DNA of 64,000 nt, taken from positions 474,404 through 538,403 of the forward strand of contig NMRA01000292.1 of assembly GCA_002633005.1 (NCBI GenBank), written 5' to 3'. Both the position numbers and the translations under genes were made by a program. This stretch comes from Phoronis australis. Taxonomy: Eukaryota; Animalia; Phoronida. This document shows, one piece after another, positions 1 to 11,590 of this stretch; position 1 is the stretch's first letter; each line of letters starts with the position of its first letter. The notes under the pieces were generated by a model. The model saw only the letters and a list, made by a program, of their open reading frames with translations. It was not told where the DNA came from and searched no databases.

Positions 1-14
1 GTTGGGAAAGACCC
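1..14 (-). CDS. SLC22 transporter, probable start of coding exon 3 (truncated by the window edge)
   Basis: Pyrimidine-rich tract then ...tgtcaggtag|GGG TCT TTC CCA AC (GSFPT), phase 0, continuing TM4 after ...LLGVCML. An alternative cag acceptor 4 nt upstream is also possible. Confidence 0.4.
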
Positions 15-177
15 CTACCTGACAACATTAAATCAGAAACCAATGGAGGTGGAACGCAGAAGAATCAGAAGATGCTGTCTTCAGTCAAACCCGTAGCGCT
101 TACGACGATGACGCCCTGCTCGAACAGTCGTGTTCTGAGGAATCCGCAGGACACCATGTAGCATGTACTGGTCTACA

Positions 178-318
178 CATAGGCGGATCCAAGGGGTCCG
201 GACCCCCTTTTCCCTTTATTTTAGTGATATCAAATTTATAATTTTCAAATTGTTGACTTGGTCTCCCTTTTAAAAAGTCCTTGACCGACCCCCCCTTAAA
301 ATTGTGGATCCGCCCCTG
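178..318. mobile_element. MITE of the CAGTGGCGGATC-TIR family (hAT5-like, 5-bp TSD)
   Basis: Ends cataggcggatcc ... ggatccgcccctg; flanks ctaca (173-177) / ctacg (319-323). Confidence 0.65.
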
Positions 319-554
319 CTACGTTTGATCTTGTGTAGTCGTAAAACTGAATATTGAAAATAGCCCATTTTCACTCAAAAAATGCGTCGTAAATGCACAC
401 CGCGGCATCATTCAGTTGCGTCTATATCATGCAAGTCTGTCATATTTAACAGTTAAAACTGGGTCTGACCAAGTCTAAATTTAAAGCTGGTTTAAGATCT
501 TAGTACAGGGCTAAAGAATATAGACCTCGTTGGTGAAATGAAAACTGACTTAGA

Positions 555-779
555 CCAGGTCGAAACTGGAGTTAAACCAGGTTTTACTAGACCATTGGTC
601 TAAAAGTTAATCCACCTTTATGAAATGCAGTCAGTGAGCACGATTTTGAGTATGAAATCTCGAGTATGAGTATGAGTCTGAGTACGGAGATTGGAGACCG
701 GGCCCAGGTCGAAACTGGAGTTAAACCAGGTTTTACTAGACCATTGGTCTAAAAGTTAATCCACCTTTATGAAATGCAG
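555..779 (+). repeat. 76-bp exact direct duplication inside a degenerate MITE-like repeat
   Basis: ccaggtcgaaactgg...tgaaatgcag at 555-630 and 704-779, separated by 73 nt containing (gagtat)n. Confidence 0.85.
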
Positions 780-1525
780 ATTATCTTTAAACCTGGTCTA
801 AGTCCAATTTAAACCAGGTTTAACTTTAAACCACCTTTGTGAAATCGGCTGCTGGGTGTGGATAAATTCACCACTGTTTTTACTTGCCCGACCTTCACGA
901 TCACTAGCTATAATACAGCTTCTCAAGACGAATTTTCAATGTCCAAAGAGTACTCAAAACGGGGAAAATCTTCTCTGTCAACATTCACGTGTCGTGTCGT
1001 CCATGAAGCTAGGTGATGGTTTTCTATGTTATCGAAAAGTTCTATATGCGTTTCTAAAGTATTGTGCATTCACCCAACTCCATAGAAATACGTTATGGAT
1101 ACTCTCAAAACATCAAATATCCAGAATATGACATCACTCTACAAAAATCTTGATAACTCAGCCATGCAGGTGCTGGCCAATATTCATTAAACATTGGGAG
1201 ACACGCGCACACCATTATCGATCTAAAACCTTGAAAGTGGTTAACATTTTGTTTCTCCGGCCGTCTATTTGCGGTTGACTTACACAATTTGCCGTAATCC
1301 TAAATCAGCAGTATTATACTCATGTCCAGATTTTGCGAAGGAACACAAAATGTTTGCGAGGGAATGAAAAATTTTACGAGGGAACGCCATTTTGAAAATT
1401 ATTTTTAGCAACATGTTTCTATAGAAGCTCCATACCTTTCCATACAATAAGGCAATCTTCAGTCTAGAACTAAACGGAGTTTCAACTTTGTTGAAATTTG
1501 TAAACTGTTATGTGAACCGACTCAC

Positions 1526-1756
1526 CAGCATGCAGACTCCTAGTAGAAATCGCAGGACTATGAAAACAAAATAGTTATGGACAAAGACCATTGCAGTAGC
1601 GATTCCGATGGGAAAGTAGAGACTGAACAACAGAATTGGACGGCGTCCGTATTTATCCGAAAGGGGGCCCAGTGTTAACCCTCCAAACATCACTCCAACG
1701 AAAAACATGGCTGTTGCAATGTTCACGAGATAGGCATTGTCACAGACGAGGTTCCA
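1526..1756 (-). CDS. SLC22-family (MFS) organic cation/anion transporter, coding exon 2
   Basis: ttttacag|TGG acceptor and CTG|gtgagt donor; 231 nt, phase 0/0. Translates WNLVCDNAYLVNIATAMFFVGVMFGGLTLGPLSDKYGRRPILL...LRFLLGVCML, with the SLC22 (E)WNLVC motif and MFS motif A (GxLSDKYGRR). Confidence 0.95.
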
Positions 1757-3864
1757 CTGTAAAACAAAAAAAAAACAAAAAGTTAAGTTGTTGTCCAGGC
1801 CAGTTTACTAACAGATAATCACACAGGTAGAGAGGGCGGGAGGGAAAATTGAATGACCGATGTTTACAAAAGCCGCATCAGACACTTTAATCATCAATTG
1901 AGCCTTTTCAACCAACATTTCACACTGACAGACCTTCTTTTTCGGAAACTCGTGGAGCAGTTTGACTTGAGTAAAAAATTACCACTGTGAAAGTTACTTC
2001 ACCCGTGAACAAGTCACATTTTGGGTTGCAGCTGCGTGCAGTAAAGCCTCACGTCACTGTCACGAGTAAGGTCCCCGCCGTTCGGTCTCCACAATTACTA
2101 TACCTTGACAATCGGGAGATGGGACTAAACTTACAACGGTCGGGACGATAATGTAACCAGACCTGTGACTGACGTAATCGTGTGCAACTCACATGTTGAT
2201 TTTGAAAGTCACCACTAGCAAGGAAATTGCGAAACGTTTGTTTTCGTACAGCTACAAGGTGCGAGTTATACACCAACCTTCGACAAAAGGAAAAATTCTA
2301 GGTAAACAATTCTGACTTTCATGTGCAGACACAATAACCACAAAATCCAGCTACCAATTCCCATAATCGCCGCTTGGAGCGCTGCTTCGGCATTTTCGTC
2401 GGATTCTCACCAAAAATATTATTCAACGCCTAGAGGCTAATTACCTTTTTATGAAGTTTGCCGGTTATTCGGTCAGTGTGGTCGTTTTTTAAAAGCTAAT
2501 GCAACACAGCACATCTGGAGCCGCCTCAGTGTGCTAATATCTATATACGCATGCTGGCTAATTTAAGAAATTCCTACTCAATCAGCTAAGACACACAAAA
2601 AATACTTCCTACAACTTTCGAGAAATCAAATCTTGTTATTTTAAAATATACAGTAAAATAGACGTCATGTATGATATTTTAGTGCAGGTGGCTAATTGCT
2701 ATATTGTATTCTGTAAAATAATAGGTCGAAGGTCAAAGTAGGTGAATTTAGGAATTAAGTTATCTCATTACGAATATCGCAGGATATATACGCTACAACA
2801 TATTTTGGAAGTCATTGCCTCTTATACATCCATTTACGAAAGTAGGCGTCAGAACCTGTACTAAAAGGCAAATTTGCTAGGTTCCTAGCGTGGACTCGGG
2901 AACATGAAACTGAAAACTACAAGGCCACGTGACTGTGGTCTTTCAACACAGCTGCATTCAGAACCCCAAAAAAAAACAATTTGACCTTTTCTCATAAGCG
3001 TTATATGAAGTATAGCCTTAGCACATTAAAATCGATGAACAGTGGCAACGCCAGAGCATTATTCAATATAGGAAAATAAGAACACGCACACAAGCAAGAC
3101 CGGGTGGTCGTTGCAAATTGTTTATTTACGACACGTTTGAGTGAATCTACCAAGATTTTTGCTTAAGATGAAAACGAGTTTAACATCATCTATTCAGTCT
3201 CCGGTAGATTTTGTCCATGGTGCCAGTGCTTTGTATATCAGAACGCAACTGGTTTTTTACGTATTCATGGTTATTTGGAAATTACATTTCTCCGTGTTGA
3301 TGACTGTTCTCCTGGCGTGAACTTACTATCCATTGAAAAATAGAAAGTGATGTAAACGGCCCCGCATTTGGACCCTCATCTGGATTCAGCTTTCCCTTCC
3401 ATTGAAGAAACTTAATGTCCTGGCCGTATTGAACGCGGTACGACGGCGCTGCACAGGTCATTCGTGTTTGGTTCAATGGAAGTGGATACTGAACCGATTA
3501 GACGTCGGCACGTTGTCGAACCGTTTACTTCACTTTGTTGTTCTATAGATTGAACATGCTCTCCAATGGAACATCAAGTAATCCTGGAAAATTTGTCTAC
3601 AAGATAACTAGGATTTATATTTGTACTAAACGTAACATCATAAACGGTTTCTTTCCCCTTTAAAAACAAGGGATCGCACCATTCGGAAAGCTACAAAAAT
3701 ACCCGAGGTGTACCGGATGGGCTCCTAGTGTACAATCAGGAATATGTCGGTATAGTAGTTGCAGTCTCAAATTAACCCTCTGGGATGTTTCACGTAAGTT
3801 ATGCGCATGAACGAAACTTAATCATTACAGCAATTCACGTAACTCTCCATTTCCATGGATAATA

Positions 3865-6227
3865 CAGTGGCGGATCTANCCCTCGGGCCAGGACCCAAAA
3901 ATTAAAAAAAAAACAAAACAAAAGCGTCTCCAGCAAAACAAATATGGCACCGCAAACGTGTGTAAACCCCAAGTAAACCAGCTTGGAAAAAATTGAGAGG
4001 GGGGGTTCACTCTGAAAATATAGTTTTTTTGCATTGTGAATTGCTGAGTCTTTACGGCTCATCGGCAAAACGCGCAGGGATTTATTGTGCGCGCGCTTCC
4101 GTCGACACTTCTGAAGTAGCCAAGCATTTTAGATGGATTCACCGCTGAAAGAGCAGTTCTATAGCTGATTTCTTTAGGTAACTAGCTTCTTTACTCTAAG
4201 ATATGTTTTGATTTGATTAGGGGAAATACTGCGGTGCCGCAACCTTGATATTCAGGCGGATTGACGTGCAACGTTTTTACCTCATCTGTTATGCCGTGTC
4301 ATTATATTACACTCCACACGTTTGAAACTGATGTATAGTAAAGTTGTCTTGCGCAATATCATACAGTGTACATGTACATGTAATATTGTGTACATGTACA
4401 TGTAATATTTTTGAAAAAAAATCTTTTTCCGAAGAATTGCTATTGTGGCGGGCGCCGTGGTATGGTCGCGAGTCCGTTTGAAGACACACTCTATAACAAG
4501 TTATGTCTATACAAGGAATGACCAAGGGGGCACTCACATTGAGAAAGTGACCGCATTCGTGAAAAGTGTACAGTACCAGAAATTGCGGGGATGCTGTTCT
4601 TTCACAACAAAGTCTTGCGGGACTCGTGCGATGTTAAATAGGCCTCCTAAGGAGCCCTAGTTCCGACCTCAACACCTACCGTCTGTCTACCTGCAATAAG
4701 CACACTGCTGTCTTCTATACTGGGAATTTCCGCAGAAAGGCTCACCCGATGAAACGCTCATGCCCATGGGCATTTATTTGATATTAGTACTTCGGGTTTC
4801 AAGCGTTCAGACATTGGGACGTTTATTTCGAAAATTGCCAGAGATGCAAATAGGTTCTGGGATGCTTCGTCAAGGTTTGAAGTAGTCCATGATGAACGGA
4901 TCAAATTTAGTTGCGCATGTAAGTCTTTCGAATGGACTTCACAACCTCAAGGGTCTTAGTGTCAACTGAGCTGCGAAACGAGATGCTGACACTGTAGTGG
5001 CTTACAAGCTCATTGACACAACAGTTGACGAAGTGCAAGCGTTGGGAACAAACACTGAAGATATGTGGTAGAATGGTTCCAAGACAAGCAAATCATTGTA
5101 TCCGATATACAAATTCCTCGGCAGTCTAGACAACAGAAGGATAGGACTAACGTATGAGTAACCACTGGGGATTGAAATTTTAGATAGGTTTTCAATTCAA
5201 AATTTTTACATAGTACACTTTAGGTCTCGCGACGGACCAGGCCAGATTGATTTGTGTAGATGTTGAGTTTCAGTGTATTTCTGGTCCCTCGGCGAACTAG
5301 TCTTGTGGTTTTTTTTTCCAAAGTGTGCTTTGTAAAACTATTTATCTCAGTCAGTACTGTTTGGTCCCGCGACAGATCGACTATTTGTATAGGGATAATA
5401 AGCACAGGTGTCTCGTGACGGACCAGGTCAGCTTTTTGTGTACTCTCAGTGTACATCTGGTCCCTCTGCAAACTAGTCCAGTGTATCTTTTCACCACTGT
5501 GCACAGGATGTTTTGGTTTCGTGAAACTGTTTTCAGATGATTTGTTTCCTGATAGATTTGACGTTTTTCAATTGTTGTCAACGTGATTCAGCTTAATAAA
5601 GTGATACCTAATTATTTATTGTCGCTTTTAATAATAGACTATGAGTTGAGAGCACCATCGTTCGCCAGTTTTTCTCGTAACGAGACAGAACACATGTTTA
5701 TTTCCGGACTAACAGTACAGGTCTTCGTTCTTAAACAACTTGAGGCTGCTGTTACGCGATCATCTGATATTCAAGTTTTTACGCCCCGTCGGTGCTCCTT
5801 AATTATGCTCTTGAATATTTGGAAATTGTTTTAACCCCTGTATACACACCACACTTTTTCGTATACGATTTTTCGTATGCTAAAAAAGGTGTGTGTAAGC
5901 AGATGTTCCAACAAAAATTTTTGCTGGTGGCGTGACTCATACCCAGATGTGCACAATATGGTTTCACGAAACTTATGTGCCAAGTTCATGTGACGAAATC
6001 GAGAAGGGTTTTTAATTATCTTAAGAAAAACTTCAGAGACATGTTAAGTGCCAGAAACTTACCATGATGCATGGAAATTTCACTATTTGGCTACAAAAAC
6101 AAAAAAATATCTTACACGGGAGGGGAAACCCCCCTCCCGACCTCCCCTCGCTCGGCCCCACGCGCCTATGATTCGACCTTGCCGGGAATCCTACCCCCCC
6201 CTTGCTGAAAACGTAGATCCGCCACTG
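3865..6227. mobile_element. Non-autonomous DNA transposon, CAGTGGCGGATCTA TIRs, 5-bp TSD (hAT5-like), in SLC22 intron 1
   Basis: cagtggcggatcta at 3865 and tagatccgccactg ending at 6227; taata on both flanks. An N at 3879 means contiguity is not guaranteed. Confidence 0.6.
5221..5485. repeat. Degenerate minisatellite (units of about 50-80 bp)
   Basis: Recurring ggtcYcgYgacggaccag / ctggtccctcNgcRaactagtc units at about 5221, 5281, 5361, 5410 and 5457. Confidence 0.55.
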
Positions 6228-7259
6228 TAATATCGTTTAATGCGCCTGTATACCCATGTGATAGCAGACTTAAACAAGATTTAGCAAAAAGACGTTAACA
6301 AGAATAATCTCATTGGCCGCTGCCATTATCGTGTCATAACCGTAGCCACACCTAGCGGGTTTGTGCTCCGACGAGGTACGGAAGTAGCGTCAGCTAAAAG
6401 CTTGACGCGGGAGCTGCAATTTAGTAATCTCTCTTGATAAACATGCTCGTTCTGTGCACTAAAATTCTGGTTTACGGTCAACTCAACACGATACTTATAC
6501 CACTGTAGCACGACCAGTCCGAAAGTTTTTGTAATTTAGTCTTTATTTGTCCGATACTTACCTTGCCCCACGTTACAAACGAGTAGAAGAACCAATCAAA
6601 TAATCGTCAATAGTGGTCTCCTGCTTTTTCAACAAAGGCGTCGGTCATTGACTTTACAACGCAACGGTCGTGACAGGCGGCTACCGGAGATTTCCGATAA
6701 ATCGACCAAAACCACAAAGAACACATGGAATTTTTAAAAGGAGGAAGAAATAGCGCGTATGCAACGAAATATAACTTGAAAGAAAAATTCTTGTTTCCGA
6801 AACAGCGCTGAAGGCGCTTTTTCGGGAACAAAAAGTGACTTCAAGGAATCAGCGTCACCCGTGCCGCTTTATCGGAAATCTTCAGCACAGCCACGTAAAC
6901 CAGGAGCTCTTCACAGAACTCTGGCTTCATGTTGAACACCAACGCTAACGTGTGAGTCGACAGATGTCACAGGTAAATGCCTTGGTTCATTTACTCTGGC
7001 CACATGGTGGATTTGTGGTGAAAATTTTTAAGTTGCTGCATTTTTGTTCGTTTTTTTTAGTAGGCGGCTGCACTTGCGGTGGACGAAAAAGACGAAAATG
7101 TTAACTTTGGAATCGGCTTTACTGGACTATGTTTAAGGTTTTTGAAGTCTTTGGCCCAGTAGAGTCTTCAGGTTTTCAATGTTTGTACACCCTTCGTAAC
7201 AGAGGTGCAGCTGCCTAGACATTTTTCAAAACCAAAACCAGCAAAAACTGTTGAGTTCC

Positions 7260-7538
7260 CATGCGGGCACCCAGCCTAAGATATATGGGGCTCGTATTTT
7301 TGACAGGGTGCACCTTTTACTAATAAAAACGGGGACTAAAAAAACGGGGTACTACGTTCAGAGCTATAAATTGTGCATTCGCGCCTTTTTAATGGACTTT
7401 TGTCTCGTTTTCTCGGACTTTTTTGTTTCTCTAAAGCGGACCNGGACTTTTTTTGTTTCTCTAAAGCGGACCTTTTTGCCCACTTCGCCAAATGGGGAGG
7501 GGCTCGTTCGAGCCCCCCCCCTCCCTGGTGCGTGCATG
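7260..7538. mobile_element. MITE with CATGC...GCATG ends and probable 5-bp TSD
   Basis: catgcgggcacccag ... ctggtgcgtgcatg; flanks gttcc/gtgcc; internal short repeat spanning the N at 7443. A related inverted sequence lies at about 47095-47250. Confidence 0.55.
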
Positions 7539-8087
7539 GTGCCATAGCGATTATTTTTTCTTGCATGAACTACTTTTAAACAGGGCAAGCCGAAATCGCA
7601 AACCTCAAATCGTAATAAATCAAGTTAGCGGAGATGATTTTTTTAAGTTAAAGCCACCAGTGAACTTCATTCAGTCCATGGTTCAGTCGTGTACATGTAT
7701 AGTCAGGAACACGGCAGCTAGGGTTTCAACCCAAGAACAAAACTGAATAAACAGTGACGGCGCGGAATGGACTCGCATTTTATGCCTGACTAGTTTCAGC
7801 TGGATCGGCACACCGAATTGGAAATTTTATAGTAAAACTGACCCTTTTGTTAAACGTAGCGCAAAACTATATATTGACTTAGCAAATGGTGGTAAGTATA
7901 TGTCTCTTCAGTTAGGCCTACTCATCAGAGTATAATAACGTCAGGCTTCACGTTAAATTATGTTGTCAGTATATTTTGGGGAAATGCGTGGATAGGACTG
8001 TAAATTGAAATTAGATATTTGATGCTTTGAAAGCCAGTTGTTCGTACTGAGACAGGTGCTAATCAGCTACGTAACGAAAATACTTAC

Positions 8088-8408
8088 CTCAGTCACAATA
8101 GTCAGGGCATCATCTTCGTAATGCCAGCCCATAGGACATGCAACAGTTTCGTTGGTAGTCGACGAAAAGCCTTTGTAAGCATAACATTTGCTGTGTGTGA
8201 CACCATCATCTCCTGAGCTGACAGGTAAACTTCGGTTGATCGACAGCCCGTCAGGAACAAAACAACGATGCGGAGGTTCTGCACCGAAAAACGCCATGAC
8301 AAGTATGTTATTGCTTACCGGAATCCAATTCAAAAACAGTAAGCAATATACTAGCACATGGTATAAGCCTGGTTGGCCTAGTTTGAGAAACAGCTTGTCC
8401 AGCTCCAT
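8088..8408 (-). CDS. SLC22-family transporter, coding exon 1
   Basis: ATG at 8408. MELDKLFLKLGQPGLYHVLVYCLL...PPHRC...HSKC...CPMGWHYEDDALTIVTE gives TM1 plus the four-Cys extracellular loop and the TIVTE motif. GAG|gtaagt donor, phase 0, joins WNLVC of exon 2. Confidence 0.95.
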
Positions 8409-8703
8409 CGTTGATACAGCAGGATGGCCGCGGGCTCACCCGATAACTCACATACAGCCACACAAGTAAATTATAGTATTGACGCGACTGCCTTCATGTA
8501 TCAGCTATACACGACGATCCTGGCTCACGTGACCAATAAGTAGAGCACCTTCATGAACAATACACAGTACGACTGACACGATGGGCGACAACTAGAATGA
8601 AGCAATTATAATAAACATAAATTGTATGCATATGGTTTATCACATAACAGCTGAAAACTCTTACTGTAATCTTTGTCCGACAGAACACAGCGAGTTCAAG
8701 TTA

Positions 8704-8763
8704 GTACAACCAATGAGCTAAATTCATAGGTACAACCAATGAGCTAAATTCATAGGTACAACC
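8704..8763 (+). repeat. Short tandem duplication (26 bp, about 2.3 copies)
   Basis: gtacaaccaatgagctaaattcatag repeated head to tail; each unit carries a CCAAT. Confidence 0.8.
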
Positions 8764-8863
8764 TTCGGCGAAGTGAAAATACTTACTCGGGATCAGTGAC
8801 CGAGGTTAATAACATGACCCGGTAAAACGCGTGTACTATTAAGGTCACTGCCTATATTCGTTA

Positions 8864-9520
8864 CCGAGGGCCACGTTTCTTTTAATATCTTTTGAAATAT
8901 TGATTGTCAGTATGTAAAACCATATATTTTTCGAATCCTGGATAAACAGGGAAGTCGATAATGTGAACGAAAGTGTTGCTTGAACGTTTGCAATCACGTG
9001 ACCACGTTTTTTCGTAAAGAATCACGATTCTCCATGCAGACCGCCATATCTACCACAGGACTCATTTTTTCCTAAGATGGTAGTAAATTCTGCTTATTTT
9101 GTCTATTAGCTGCAAAATGGTGTCTGGGAATTTTTAAGGCCTTTGAGCTCGAGATCTCGATTGTCAAAAGACCTCGACTTTCCTTAAAAAGTTCGAAGGT
9201 CTTGATTTCTTGACAGCCGAGTTCTCGGGATCGAAGGCCTTAAAAAATCCCAAACACCTATTTGTAGCTAACAGACTACATAAACGTAATTTATTATCCT
9301 CTTAGGAAAACATGAGACCCGTGAAAGTTATGGCGGTCTCCATGGAAAAGCGTGATTTTGCGGAAAAAAACGTGGTCACGTGATTGAAAACGTTCGACCA
9401 ACACTTTCGTTCACATTATTGACTTCCCTGATTATCAAGGATTCGAAAAATATATGGATTTACCTACTGATAATCAACATTTCAAAAGATATTAAAGATT
9501 AAAGCAAACGTGGCCCTCGA
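8864..9520. mobile_element. Foldback MITE (whole-length imperfect palindrome, about 657 bp)
   Basis: ccgagggccacgttt...aatatcttttgaaat... mirrors ...atttcaaaagatatt...aaacgtggccctcga. The arms pair to a centre near 9190. Flanks tta/taa (TA or TWA TSD). Confidence 0.85.
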
Positions 9521-10414
9521 TAAAGAAGGTAGAGAGTGACATGTAGGTGTAAATTCAACCATTGCATAACAAGGAGTTGACAATACTGTATTGTGTTTAA
9601 CCCGGGTATAAATGTTATTCGAAGTAAGCTAAACGGCGCTATAGTAGCTGGTCTATTTGATATCAATCACACGGAAGTAAATACAATTTCATTTTATCTT
9701 CGGTATTACGTTCACTTTTACTTGTTTTTCAAAAGTAAAAGTATGTCAGACGTTGACTGAGGGTTTGTTCAAAAGGCAGCTATGCTTTGTGATTGCACGT
9801 GGATAGAGAGAGAATGATCAAATCCAGTAATTGATTGTTTAAATGATAACCACTAATTGAAACAAGTGATACCTGCTAATTAATTATAATAACAACGAAG
9901 AAAATCAACTACGCCCTCTGTAAGGATTACTTCAATCAATTAACTACAAATAATCAAACGTCTTATCTGCTATGGTTGCAATGAGCAGTTAGATTGCGGC
10001 CGCGGCCAATTTGCACTCCCAAAATATTAAAATCTAGAGGTAGGGCAGGCTTGGTAGCATTTTTAGTTAGATATTGTATGTAGGCCAAGTGGTTTGTTTG
10101 TATTGTTTGTATTTGTGAACATGCTGAGAATTAAAAAAAAACACTTTCTTGGCTGTAGTTGCACTCTTCTTCAAGATGGTGGCGCCCTGTTGCAGTTGTG
10201 CATTGCTGTGTAGCAACTGAGAAATTGGCCGCGATTTCAGGTAGCCCTCAAACAAGCCACATTTGCAAAAAAAAACTAGTTAGTTGACAGTACTTTTGGA
10301 CCACATTTTTGGAATCGGTAGGAAATTTGCTTTCGGAATCTAATGTTGACTTTAGTCGAGCATCGGCAGGGAAGTGGTGGTTTTGGGGTGAAAAGTGCCG
10401 ATTTTGCATTGTTG

Positions 10415-10635
10415 TCCTTATTTTTCTTAGTCTAGCTTGGTTTCCACTGGGAGTGAAAGTGTCAAAAATACAAGAGAGAACAAAGTTTCTGTGCTCATCT
10501 GTAGGGCTTGTGATGTGAAATGACTCAAAACTTTTCTTTATTTGCATGTAGTTTTTGACAGAGTGAAGAAAGGGTGAAGAGTGCATTGACGTGTGTTCTG
10601 ATAGGCAAATCCCTGTGAGAACTGTTCAGTGCCTC
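10415..10635 (-). repeat. Dispersed repeat fragment (inverted copy at 43567-43780)
   Basis: The reverse complement matches tcaccttttcttcactctgtc...acagatgagcacagaaacttt...cttgtatttttg near 43.6-43.8 kb; the shared spurious peptides SPFLHSV..PTDEHRNF confirm it. Confidence 0.75.
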
Positions 10636-10836
10636 CTATCCAAGCTGTAAGTCTCGACACTCGTTGGGTGACAGTCCTGTCGGTCGAACCTCGAACTAAC
10701 ACACACTGTACTGAGACAGTGTACTTGCTGGTAACAATCCCTCGTGACGCAACACTTGCATGCAGTATCTTCTACCCACGATTCCTCTTGCATTCTCTCG
10801 TGACGTAACACTTGCAACCAGTATCTTGCTACCCAC

Positions 10837-11590
10837 AATGCAAGTGACAAGCTCTTAGTTAACTCCCTGTTCGTAAACCCTTGCCCTTGCCAAGATCCGC
10901 TTTAGAATCTACCACGAGATGGCGCTGTTGTACAATTTCTTTTCTACACTGCAAGTCTTCCGCTTCAAGTATTAAATCCCAACTGGGAATTTTCTAGACT
11001 TCTGCCCAAATTATAATGATGTAGTTACTTAACGATTGCCTAATAAAAACCACATGATCATATCTAATCATATCGTTGGCTGTTACGATCTGATCTCAGA
11101 AGTTTCTAGAATCTTTAGAGTGCATTGACCCCAGAACTAAAGTGGTAAACATCTTCTAAAAACAGATGTTGACGTCAAAAATACATTTAAACAAGTTTGA
11201 CCTCACGGTTTTAATGCAAGTGACAAGCTCTTAGTTAACTCCCTGTTCGTTAACCCTTGCCCTTGCCAAGATCCGCTTTAGAATCTACCACGGGATGGCG
11301 CTGTTGTACAATTTCTTTTCTACACTGCAAGTCTTCCGCTTCAAGTATTAAATCCCTTCTGGGTATTTTCTAGACTTCTACCCAAATTATAATGATGTAG
11401 TTACTGAACGATTGGCTAATAAAAACCAAATAATCATATCTAATCATATCGTTGGCTGTTACGATCTGATCTCAGAAGTTTCTAGAATCTTTAGAGTGCA
11501 TTAACCCCAGAACTAAAGTGGTAAACATCTTCTAAAAATAGATGTTGACGTCAAAAATACATTTAAACAAGTTTGACCCCACGGTTTTAA
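10837..11590 (+). repeat. Tandem duplication, 376-bp unit x 2
   Basis: aatgcaagtgacaagctcttag...acggttttaa at 10837-11212 and 11213-11590, differing by scattered substitutions. Confidence 0.92.

Noticed and set aside
4722-4731. GGGAATTTCC kappaB match in the SLC22 intron
   Set aside because: An isolated 10-mer inside a transposon, plausible by chance. It also tempers confidence in the site between the TLRs.
7415-7472. Direct repeat on both sides of the N at 7443
   Set aside because: Probably a scaffolding overlap or MITE-internal repeat, not a separate feature.
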